Below are positions 33,811 through 46,500 of a stretch of DNA of 64,000 bases, one piece after another. A program made the position numbers and the translations under genes. The notes under the pieces are model-generated. The model had not been told where the DNA came from. It saw nothing but the letters and a program-made list of their open reading frames with translations, and made no database searches. The number at the start of each line of letters is the position of its first letter. Within the stretch, counting starts at the first letter, position 1. The stretch is from Balanoglossus misakiensis (taxonomy: Eukaryota; Animalia; Hemichordata), in the NCBI GenBank assembly GCA_040954595.2, contig CM082582.2:11714415-11778414 (forward strand), in the 5' to 3' direction.

Positions 33811-36800
33811 ATGTCGTCAGAAACCACACCGTTTGGAGTGGTGGACTACGTGGTGTTTTCAGCGATGCTGGGTGTGTCACTTTTGACTGGCATCTATCAT
33901 GGAATCAAAAGTGGGCAGAGAACGAGCACTTCGGAGTAAGTTTCACTTTGAGTCTTAAGATTATTGCCAGCCAAGTAATCGAAATCAAGCTCTGTATGAA
34001 ACTAGAAAATGTGCCTGCTACACGAGAATGTTCATCCACAAACAACACAGCCACGCGAGATTCTCGCAGGGACTCGAGGAGTTCGGATAATAGTCCATTC
34101 GCCATTGTTATTGATTCTGTACATAGTGTTTCTGGTGGGAAAGATGATGATGGCATACGTCTTTGATACAGTGGGTTTCTGTGTCATGTTAAGTTTACTC
34201 TCTACGGCCACGATCTTTGACAGATCTCTCAGTTGTTTTCTTTCTTTCTTTCTCTCCTCAAAGGTTCTTGGTGGCCGACAAGTCGATGAGCGGACTGCCA
34301 ATCGCAATGTCATTGTTGGTCTCTTTCTTGTCCGCCTTGACTATTCTAGGAATGCCGGCAGAAATTTACATCTATGGAGCCACGTATTCTTTTCTGGTGC
34401 TGTGTTACATTTGGTTACTACCAGTTCTGACATTTCTGTACGTCCCTGTCTTTCATGGTCTCAATTTGATTAGTGCTTATGAGGTAAGTACTGGCAACAT
34501 TGGACAAGAGCACGACCCAATGAATATATATTACAGCCCAAAACTTTTATATTTCAAATTATTGTCTGTAGGCCTATACGGAATTTACTGGTCTGGTCTA
34601 TCAACAAGGAGGACCCCCTCCTCCAAATGCTTATTTTATGCCTCAAAATAAAAACAATCACACATACATTTGCAGTACTTTGGACTGAGGTTTAACTACG
34701 CGGTCCGGATCACAGCGGCTCTACTGTTTGGCTTGCAGACGATCTTTTACATAGCGGTAACGATGATTGGTCCGGCAATGGCCGTGGACGCAGGTGAGGG
34801 ACCCAGTAGGCCATTTTAATGACCTCTACATGACCTTACATCCTCGTACTTCTGTGTTGGTATGAATCCATCTGTCGTGTAAAACCTACAAAAACTGTCG
34901 TGTACTGTGAATTTACATTTTTCTACTTGCCAACGTTTTCATTTTACGAAAACTGAAAGTCTATTTATTCTTAATTTGACAGTTATGGAGATAGATTTGT
35001 GGATTACCTTGTTGGCTACTGGTTCAGTTTGCATATTCTACACTACACTGGTGAGTTTTCAGCAGCACGCCCACAATTGATCGATTGGTGAAAAGAAATA
35101 TAAACTCAAAACATACCATAGAGATTTTCCAGTGAAATCTCTGTGAAACCAATGGCGAAAACAAGATACAGCAGTCACTTCACTGTGAAGTGTATGCTAA
35201 TAAATTTATCCTCAAACATGCATAGGGCGGAATGAAAGCTGTCATATGGACAGATGTCTTCCAATTTCTGGTTATTGTCGGTACTGTCGTTACTGTAATC
35301 GTCCTGGGGACCATGGAAGCGGGCGGTCTGGACTACGTCTGGGAAACCAACAAACAGGATGGCCGACTGGACATATTCAAGTAAGTGTTTCTATAGGAAC
35401 CGATGTATATCTCCTTGATATGTGAAGTTTTAAAGACGGATATGACTGTTGAATATGAATGACATTATGTCAAGGAAATTTTGTACAGTCTTGTTTGGCC
35501 CATTTCTCAAGAGTTAGTTTTAGAGTTTTAATCATTTCCGTTTTCCACGATTTATTCTAGGGTGCCGTTCGATTTGACAGAAAGAACAACAATGATAAGT
35601 ATGATAATCGGAGGAGGAATGAACACATTTGCTCTGTACATCAGTCAAACTGCCGTGCAAAGATATGTGTCGTCCAAAAATCTGAAACAGGCACAAATGT
35701 AAGAATTACAATATAGTATTATTCAGATTTTCATGATTCCTTATATAATTATTTGCAAATGAACCAATCTTTGACCTAACATTTAAACACGAATGAACCA
35801 AGTTTGCCACTCTTAACAACGCAGATCTGTCATGCTGAATATGCCCTTTCAATTCGTCATTCTACCAATGGTTTTCTTCACGGGATTGGTGATGTATGCT
35901 TACTATGACGGTGAGTTTCTCTCAGGCTAAACAAACCACATAGTTCAGAGTTTAAAATGCTAAAGTGCGCATGTCATCACAAACAACAACAAACCATGTC
36001 TGCACACCGTGACGATCCTTTCATAACGGACCTCGTCATAATTCTTTTGAAAACTTTATCAACGACTTCTCAAAATATGCTTTCCTATATCCTTATCCTG
36101 TATAGATTCCCTGATGCCTTTGCAACCAGCAATTAACGCAACATTCGCACCGGGTAAGTCCGCCACCTTTTGTCACATGCTAGAGGCCACGACACACTGG
36201 CCTGTCATTTTGCATTTTGCATTTTGCTCTTTTTCTGAGTGTAATTTGGTTGGCGTATCGATTTATGAATGAATAATGCTGTGTTACATCTGCTATCTTC
36301 TGTCACGTCACAGGGTTTCCAACTAGTGGTGGCGCTGATCCGAATTACGCGCCAGACTATACTTCATCAGACCAAGTACGTATATGCGCTTCAGAATTAT
36401 AAAGTGTGTTCTCGTGACAACTTCCACAAACATATGTTCGTGTCATAGACCCTAAAGCAACATGTCTAAGTGTAATTATTAATATCAACTCTCTATTCCA
36501 GATATTGGTGTATTTCGTAAGTTCACTTTTTGGATCCATACCGGGCATACAAGGCCTCTTTGTTGCTGCACTCTTTGCGGGAACTCTCAGGTATTCAAGA
36601 CTGTGTGTCTGTCTGTCTGTTTCTCTCTTTCTCCCTCTCTCTATAACATACATGTACACAATTTCGATACAAGTCTCACAGTTTTGACTTTCTTTTTTCA
36701 ACTTTCTTGTCTTTTGATGAATTGATCAGTTCAATGTCATCCGGATTAAACGCTATGATCGCTGTGACTTTGGAAGATCTAGTGAAACCATGGCGACGCT

Positions 36801-38282
36801 GGAGGGCAGCCAGAACGCAGACAGCGGTGTACGAAAACGATGCCCTGGACACCATTGTATCGAAAATACTGAGTGCGTATAGTCTGATGTTATGACCTTA
36901 AACGGCAACGGGAAGATATTTTCAGGCAAACGAAAATGCACACGAAAAATTTCCACATCATGCACCAGTTCCGCCCGTGCGTTTGACACGTGAAATCTTT
37001 ACATTTTTCTTCCAGCGATAGTGTACGGAATCATCGCCATCGGATTGTCGTTCGTTGCTTCCTCTCTGGGTTCACTCGTTTCGCTAGCCAACACAATATT
37101 TGGAACTTCCGGCGGACCCTTGCTGGGAGGCTTCACGCTGGGAATGTTCTACAAAAGGGCAAACGCCTGGTGAGATATCCCACTTCACGCGAATTCAGAA
37201 CAAGGAAATTTTCAATATTCCTATGCTTATAAAACGTCGACAGTTCAAACGGACATGTCGGTGCATACAGCGCCCTCATCGAAATCCCCTTGTCGTTCAG
37301 CTGGAAGCTACACTTTTCACGTCTATCAGCAAAAGTTTTACATCACATGTTCCATACTTGTTGCGCCAAACAAACATAAGTTCAGGTCATTTGAGACGCA
37401 GATTGACAAAAACAAGGCAACTATTTTTTTCCAGGGGTACGCTGATTGGGGTGTGGGTTGGTTTTGGTCTTGCTGTTTGGATTAGCGTCGGTGCTATAGT
37501 GCATGCAGACAACCTCGATGAAGTCATATCGATTTACAAGGTAATCAAATGTATAAGACTATTACTTATCCGATGCATATTTGTTGATTCATACATTACA
37601 TAAACCCTATAAAATGTGTGACTACGGGGTGTGTCTCGGGACAGTGAAGACTTTTTTGAACTATGAAAGTTAACGCAATACCACAATCTTTATAATATAT
37701 TGTATTTCTTCTCCCCTAGTTATCGTTCATGTGGTACAGTACGGTTAGTTTTCTTTGCACCGTGCTCTTAGGTATAATCTGCAGTGAAATTTTCCGTTGT
37801 ATAATACCAAGCGAGAGACATAAAACGGTTGACCCGTTATTGCTCGGAGTATTTCTTAGGTAAGAAGACAAGTTTGTTGTTGCGCAGCGTATCTGCATAT
37901 AATGTGCGCAAATTTTACAACGCACAGACAAATGTTGCACGAGGGAGCTAAAATGACAGACAGACAGACAGACAAAAAATCTCTTGGCTTCGATAATGCC
38001 CTCTCTGTAATACATTATCGAAACAATTCAGAATTGTTTACGATCAACGAAAGCGAATAAGGATGATAATATCAGAGGATAACTTCAGACCAGCATCTTT
38101 TGTTTTGTTTTTTTGACAGACCTAAGGACTATCACACTGAAAACGAGTGTACACAGACTGAGGAGGACGATGAGGATGACTTACTTAAGGGGTCTGAGGA
38201 CGATACGGGCGGAATAGACATCAATTGTTCGCTGAGACTAACAGGTGACATCAACATGAGTGAAATCGACAAGAAAAACTAA
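33811..38282 (+). CDS. SLC5 sodium:solute symporter of the NIS/SMVT/SMCT (SLC5A5/6/8/12-like) group, 604 aa
   Basis: Fifteen phase-consistent exons: 33811-33935, 34264-34483, 34676-34793, 34983-35050, 35226-35380, 35561-35698, 35825-35910, 36106-36153, 36314-36375, 36502-36590, 36730-36872, 37016-37169, 37435-37540, 37720-37859, 38120-38282 (1815 nt). Motifs: DYVVFSAML, SFLSALTILGMPAEIYIYG, YTTLGGMKAVIWTDVFQ, AVQRY, GTLSSMSSGLNA, GGPLLGGFTLGM, YKLSFMWYS. An acceptor ending at 33773 suggests an upstream non-coding exon. Confidence 0.95.
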
Positions 38283-41200
38283 CAACACCAAGAGATTACG
38301 CAAAGCACAGCGGTTGAAATGAATTGAGGCCGTTGTCACACCTTCATTGCAATGGACAGAACACAAAAAGACGTGTTCATGAAAAAGAAATAAATTTACG
38401 CGTTCCACCACAAATGTCCATTGATTGCTTGGTGCTAATGACCAGTACAGCACTCCAGACGATCGATATTTTACCTTACGTGGACACACCTGTCAAATTT
38501 CTTGTCATGTCATTACCAAAGGTCGTTAATGAAAAGGAAATTTGCATATGTCAATATGTAAAACCTGTCTAAAATCTGTCACCACAGAAAAAATACCAAG
38601 AAAAGTTGACAGAGACAGACTGTCTCCTAAAATCAGTAAAACGCGCAGAGAAACAATATCATAGCATAGCTCGAATACATGCCCCGGGTAAAACTAAGAG
38701 ACAGCCATGATGAGAGAGCAAACTAGCCTTCCAAAATAGACTCTTTTACTCAGACACGCCATCTCTGAAAAAGAAAATGTTTAACGTTGGAATCCTTTTG
38801 TTGTGGCGGACATACTGATGAATATTTATACCCACAACCACGCAGTGAGCATAGCCATGCCTGAAGGGAACACCTCCCCACGATAAAGAAAATTTACGAA
38901 CCATCGACGGTGATGAATAAACACACTCTGTAAAACCAGAGATTATTCTAATAAGCACTACCGTATCGATGGCAACTGGTGCGCCGTTAAAATCCAACCG
39001 TCCTTTCACAATCCGTGAGCACGTGAAAGAAGTTCGAAAAAATATCTGTCGATGTCGGTTGCGTCAGACAGCAACCTTCGAATATTCAACTCAACTGGAC
39101 GGTTTATCAGAGTGTAGTACATCTGGGTTATTAGCATACTGATGACGCGGTAAAAAAAACTGAACAAGCTGTTCGACTGACATGAGACGTAATGACATTT
39201 GATAACGCTAATTATCGGTCCCGGGCATACTTATCATTCGTACGGCCGCCCTGAAGGGATTTTTCGGTCTCAGCCTGCGCGAAGCTTTCGTCGTCTTAAT
39301 TTTGTCAGAGAGGGAAAAGGTGGTGGTATTCGTAGTGTTTTTAAAAATATCAGTATTACATTTCCAAGAAGCAGGCTATCCCAACCTTACTGTTGTGGGG
39401 TAGTTTACATTTACGCATACTAATCACTCGGTATAAACTTTCAGTCAGCGTCAATTAATTCCGCCTTTCGACAAATCTTGATATTGAAAAACAATATTAC
39501 TGAACGGAAATTTGTTGCTCAACAGAGCGTGGTTTAGAAATGGTGCTGTTTTTGCTTTTCGTAAATGCAAGAAAGCGGCGGTGGTTTTCGATTCATTGGA
39601 CAAATTTGCAGAGAATGTCTTGTTGATTGATTTGTTATGACTCTTGAGATAAGTGTACAGCTATAACTGAAATGTTTGTCTAGAATATGATTACACAACA
39701 CAATTGATGAAAACTTGGTGCTTTATGACGAGGGGCAATGAAACGACAGGTTTTGTTTTCAAATCAATGGCCGAATTTGACCTGGCTTGTCTCTATTATG
39801 TGAGCATCCAGGCGGTACATTTCTTCGCCTGTATTTCTGAAATTCACTTTCCATCGGACGTTTAAGTGTCGGGTATCGACTCAGTCAGATCGAGGGCCTA
39901 GGATCGAAGCTGGCCGGCGCAGATTTACATATTCAGCTGCGATAAATCACAGGGCACGACGTGACACAAACGATTACTTTTCAGAAATGCAGACGGGCGC
40001 CTGACACGCGGACAAAAGAGGCGACGGACAGAATCAATACAAAAATGCTATCATCAATGAGACCGTCGCTGAAAGAGTGGTAATGAGAAAATGGGAATCT
40101 CTCACGGACGGAGACGCATGACGTCACTAAAAGATTTTCAGGAGGGATGATCACACTCTTCCAGCCTTTCAATTCTTTGGTGTGTTAAAGCGTGTGAGGG
40201 GTCATCTTGAAAATAAAGAAGAAAACAGGGTGTTCACCATCTTGTTTCCATCTTAAAATGTCAGTACTCCATATAGAGTTAAGACCGAAAATGGCGGCCA
40301 TTTTGAAATTCCAATTTTAGACAATTTGGCTATGTCGTTCAAATGCGCATGTTTTTGTTGAGTTGAGATCATTCTCGTCTCAATAGCGTCATACGGCGTG
40401 TCCAAGCAGTGTGTTTAGAAAAACACCTGTTGGACACCTTGGCAGCAGTATAGCAATGTCCTTCAGCGGGGGTCCTCATCGACAACTTGCTTTGATCACG
40501 ACTTGTCCCCTACAGAAGGTTCCCCGTTAACGCGTACACCATGATACAACCGCACAGACACACATCCGGGTATGTGTGATGCGTATAATTTGCATACTAC
40601 AACAAAGGTACCTCACTGATATTACGCATTGGAATTTCTTGTCATTTGCCTTCTTCAGGGTCTTAACCGTGACCTTATCACTTGGACGGTAAGAGCACTT
40701 TCAACAAAATGAAATGGTTGATTGGTATTCCTTTTAAAGCGAGCAACACATATAATAAGATCTGACATTATTGAAGCGCCATTATTGCGTGCAGATATCC
40801 ACGACAGAGTAATTTGCAATTTTGCGTCGGCACGTTTTATGTTTGTCATGTGACACAGCAATATCCTGCACTTCGATCGCTGAGCACCTATATCGAAGAC
40901 GTACAGGGCGGGTTACTGAAATGCATACCCATCTATTGCTGCTACGAATGAGCTTATAGGAAGGCCAACCTGGGACATCACATCCTCCTTCAACTTGCAC
41001 GTACTTTGAGATAACACCTGTTGCCGTCAATCACAAAGGGTGGGGCGAACTTTAAATGCTGCCAGTGAAATTGATGGGCGCAATCTCGATTTCAATTACA
41101 GATTAAAATATACTATCATAAAATCTGTAAATATTTAGGGATCTGATTGTGGATATGGTGCTAAATTTAACATCAAAATATCAGAAATGTTTTTGCCGTT

Positions 41201-43516
41201 TGACATTTAACTGCTCGATATGAAATGTACTTTCAGTGACAATGTGTATTTGTCAAAAGCTTTCACGGATTATGATTCACAGGTGATCTAAAGCACAGCA
41301 GATGAGAATCGTCCACGTGACCTGTGACGAGAAAATTGTTCAAGTTGATATATTCGATTTTTTACCCGAGTTTATCCGATTGTCTCACAATTGTTAACAT
41401 ACATCTAAAAAGGACAATTTGAAGTCCCGTTTCCACGATTCATTACCGCTAGTTGAAAGCAAATGCAGAAATAAAAACTAAAAAGTACATTTAGCTATGT
41501 GCTCACAATTATCTATAAAAAAAACTACAAAAGCCGCGTCAAATGACAAAAGTTCAACTCTAATCTCACCGATCTAAGAATTCCATTGAGGGCTGCTCGC
41601 CCTGCAATCAATTGTCCTCGGCCGGCGCTGATAATGTCGGATAATGTAAGCTGCCTATTACGCTACCGTGATCACCAGTTCCCGCGCATCGATTTCAAGA
41701 GATAGCGTCCATTACGGGCGATGTATCGAGGTATTTAAAAAGCGATGAAGCAATCCCGTGACCTAATTATTGTGTGACGGGATAACGACGGAGTCGGCTG
41801 ATAAAACGCCAAGGATCACTCTCAGGAAGTCGGAGATACTATTATACCAGTCATTATTTCGCGAAAAGACTGGTGTCATCTTCTGCCAATCGAAAATTTA
41901 TTACAGACATTATTGCATGTTGTGACGTATATTGTTGGTGGATTATAGGGGAAAATTCAAAATCACACGGCGTTTTCTTCATTTTTACGAGTAGGAAAGT
42001 TTGTAATGATATATAGATATTAAGCTTGAAAATCTGCGGCCATGAACACGTGGCGCTGTTTCATCCATCGTATTTATCATCACTGCAGTTGCTTAGCAGT
42101 CGTGGAAGCAATGTCACGTGCGCACCACGTGGGCGCATAAGTGGAGATCGCTGTTTGTGCATGTACGCGATGAGCAACTGAAGTAAAGGGTCACCGTATT
42201 TAGAAAGACGGTCGCGCATGTACACAAAAACTCACTGTCCAAAACAGAAACGGTAAAAGACGTAACGCGGACGCTCAATACTACATATTCAGTCGAGCAA
42301 CGCTCTCAACAAAAGCTTCGAATCAATGTATGAAAATATGATTCAACCGAATCGTGTGATGCTCAATTCCTATCTGGAAATAAACGTATCGAGTGGTTCT
42401 CCATTGAGAGTGCTAATGGTTGGTCGTGCACTGATACAGCTGACAAGACGACTCTCGGGAACTGTGAAAAAGAATATCTTGTGAATCTAGTAGAGTATCG
42501 TCATTTCAGAGCATTGTTTTGAAAAAAGAAATCTTAAAGAATGCCCTCTGCAAGACATGAGGATACTTGGAGCGAAATGATACTTGTGAATGACAAAACG
42601 TTTTACTCCCTCCAGATTCCACGAGTCTTCGAAAGAAAATCGCACGCGTCTACGTCGAGATACACGAAAATCCGTACTCTGGCACGTACATTTGTCAAGT
42701 CAGAAACAGAAAGCGGCATGCATAACTTTATCACTTCACCATACCGACGGCTCAGTTGAGTTTTCATGATATACTAGTAATGCGCGCGTGATGGGATGTG
42801 AAGGACGCGCTGATGTCTCACGACGAATCCTATTCTCCAGGGTATACCCCTATTGGGATTAGTGGTTAGAGCCACTTTGATGATTGACAAAGGAAATTTC
42901 TCAGCCAAAAGGGTGTGGGTACGTTATCAGGGAAGTATCAGCGCATAACTTAGACGAACAGCTGCGTGTTTCTATCTCTAAGTTTTCCTCTCTCAACTCA
43001 CATGCGCAGTATCCAGAGATGAATGGGACTGGAAAGAATGTTCAGTATACAAGCTTCCAGATTAGACAGGGTTCGGTTCAGACAGGTTTCACTGCATAAA
43101 AATGCAATGCTGTAGATTCTAGTAATGGGGTCTTAAATGTTTATCAAAAACCCGAGTGGGCGCATTAAATTCCGTAGATAATTCAATTTCACGATTTTAT
43201 CTCATCCTCTCTAACTCTTTACTTTTTAATGTTGCATTCTTCTGTTACCGATCTACACAGAATAATGCAGAATAAATCTTTCAAGACTGGTACGATTAAA
43301 AGTACTATATTTCTGAAGTATTGAGTTTCAGAAGATAAAAATTATTGATATTTAATTTCCAATATACCAGAGTATTTTTAAAGTTCCCAATTTTGCAAAT
43401 AAGGTGATGGTAAATTATTAATTAACCCTAAATGACCTCGACCCGGAAGCGAAGCGTGGAATGCAAAGCACATATCATAGCCTTCTCAATGAATCTTTGA
43501 AAACGATCTACCATCG

Positions 43517-43578
43517 AACCAACCAACCAACCACCCGTCCATCCATCTATCTATCCATCCGTCCATCCAGTCATCCAT
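43517..43578. repeat. Degenerate (CCAA/CCAT/CTAT)n tetranucleotide repeat
   Basis: Read directly from the sequence. Confidence 0.75.
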
Positions 43579-46500
43579 TTATGCACCCCTCAATTTATCC
43601 ATCCGCCTACTCGACATTTATCTAATAATATACTTGCCTACACAGTCAAAGACGTTTTACTAATCACATTCACTTAGAACCTTGACAACAACAGAATAAA
43701 GTCAAAAGTGACAGTCGCACCTTATCCCATTTAAAATCAAGCGGATCCCTTCCTTAAAGTACACCTCGACTGACAACAGAGTACCCAATGACGTCATGTG
43801 AATACAATTTTCTCGCTTGAAATTGGTCATTATTGAATATCGCAGGATCTACCGATTGGGCTTATCATTCAGTGCACTGGACTAAGAGCAAATGAGATTA
43901 CCCATAAATCAACGTCACCGCCAATTTCTGCCGATTTCACGGGGTTTAGGGAGCTCTTAGTTTGGTTGAAAAATACCTACATAAGGCCAACTATAAGTAA
44001 AATCCGCCTAAGCAAGTTCGGTAGTCGAGCTGAATATACCCACATATATGCCAATGATGTTATGTATAGTAATTAACGTTGAATATCTTTGAAATCAGAT
44101 TAACCAGTTATGTCAATTTTCATGAATTCTTTGTCTCGGATATCGACATGGTTTTGATATTATTGCAGAAAGAAATAAACCCAAGGCGACCATATATAGA
44201 AATGATATTAGAGAAACACACAATTTAAAATTCAAAGAGTGTCTATTTTCTGTGCAAACTAAATAATCAAAGTACAAAGCCTCATGTTCAAAGTCTCGTC
44301 CATTCTAGTTACAAGTCTGTTGTCACGTGACATATTTTACCAATGGTATATGGAGATTGTCCGCGTGATCAAACTCGTAGTAGGCTACTCTCAGCGCAGG
44401 CGTTTGCGAATCAGCGTGCAACTGTCGTCAACTGTGTATAGTGAAGGCTCGCAACCAGTTTTCACCGTTCACCGACTCTACATCACTTTCTCGCCGCACA
44501 CATTTTTGAGACCGGTTTTCGTGTTGTCACAGTTGAAAAAGGTACGTTATTCAGACCTCTCTTTCAAGGTAATAATCTGATGAATATCTTACATGAGTCA
44601 AGTTATATTTTTAACGACTTCCTTCTGTTCCAAATACACGCGAAAGCAACAGGGATGCCCATTTTTGAATTCTCGGAGTGACACTGCAGTAGGAGTGTTG
44701 TCATTGTTTGCATGACAATATCACATGGCTGCTTTGTATTCCGGAGATTACGATGAGCGACAAGTTTTATTCACGCCATGTCACGATTTATGTCAACGTG
44801 TTAATCAGATCGAGTCACAAACGAGAGTAGTGCAGTGAGCTATCACTCTATAGGCTTTGAGTGCCATTTATTTGCCGAAAAGTTTATTTTAACATACCCT
44901 AGTACTGTAGACAATTCGTCAACAGCAAATTGTTTATATAGTTCTAGGCGCGGTGTAAATTCATTTCAAGTCGCAATATCCTTTAAGGACGAGTTATTCC
45001 ATTTACAGATTCAGTTTGCAGAATTTGATTTCAGAAAGCAAGTGAACGTTCTTAAAATACAACTTGCCGACTTTGCATCATGGGGCAAGTATTAAATAAG
45101 TGGGCGCAAGTCGAGTCTACCGCCAAATAACTGCTCTGAAATTACTTCGTTGTAAACGTGATTGTATTCGTGAATAATATATATCATACTGAGCCTATAT
45201 GCGTGCACCTTCATTCACACTATGGAGCTTGGTGATCCGTGTATGCAAATACGCGTCGGCTGTTTAGCTCTGCAGTCATAGAACAAAACCTATTCGCTCA
45301 ACTTTTCACCAAGAAAGAAATTCCATAAAGAAATGTGTACCTTTTCGACATTCCAATTCCCAAGCTGATTGTAAGCACGCAAACAACCATCAACAGTTTT
45401 AGTTGCCACGGCGACGGCTGCGCGCGACAAGAGACACGTTGTTCGGGATGCGATCGGAAAAAGCCGCACATTGTCTTTCGTCGAGAAAAGAAAAAGACTG
45501 GGACATAAATCGTGCCTTTCTGCTCGTTGAAAGATTGTCTTAATCATATTTCAACGTGACCAGACGACGGGGGATAAAGATGATTTTCCCATCTGGACGA
45601 GTGTAGAATCACGCTCCGTTAATTTGCGACGTTTTCCAGATGCAATATGAAAATTTACATCCGTGACCACTTGCAGACTGAATCAAATGAATTCGAAGAT
45701 AACCGCGGCGTGAATTGCCCGATTACAATAAAGTCGGTCCAGCATCAATGTGCTTATGACCTAGGAAGGAGAGTATTGTTCATGTTGAAAGGGGTTCAAA
45801 TGCCTATTAAAAGGAAAATTGCACGTTAGGTACAGTTGCGCTTCACCTACACTGCTCATGGACTGAAAGGAAAGGCCATTTTCCTCTTCACAGATGCGCA
45901 GTGTGCGCACCACTCAACAACCGCGTACTGGAAGATCGGTGAATCACTAATAAGTCAATTGGAGGCGGCTACCTAGCATTTTTTTCGCGAGATTGACAAT
46001 AATCTTCATTATTTACTCCATTCGGTCGATTACGTCAAGTCTGCTTTTTCTTAATGATGCCGCAAGATGCAATAAACCGGAAGTCTGTCATAATTCGATT
46101 GTATATACAATAGAAAATTGACAAACTATGATCCGCATGCTGGGTGGCCTTTTCAAGTCCTGAAAAGCTATGTTACCCTAGCAACCTGTATGTGAACGGC
46201 ACCAGTACCGGTGGTGACTGGTTTTCTGCATCTGGTAAAGCTTTCAAATGTGAAACTGTCATGGCGGATGTCAGTGGGGATTTGATACGAGGTCGAGGCA
46301 ACCAATCACAACTCTTTGCCCTAAGTATACACAACACATAGAGTGCATGAGAAGTATACAAATAATTTGGGGAAATTAATGCATAAAATAAGAAATTGGT
46401 CGGTCTGGCCGTTGCATTACACTAAAAGTAGGTGCATATATCACACCCCCGAACTGTAATCATTGTAATTTGGACTTCTTACGTCATTAAAGTGATGACC

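Noticed and set aside
27786-38282. Divergent SLC7 and SLC5 transporters as a co-regulated uptake system
   Set aside because: The ATGs are 2.8 kb apart and both families are large and common. Adjacency alone supports nothing.
42853-42880. tRNA A-box-like word GGATTAGTGGTTAGAGC
   Set aside because: No B-box or cloverleaf follows. At most a SINE trace.
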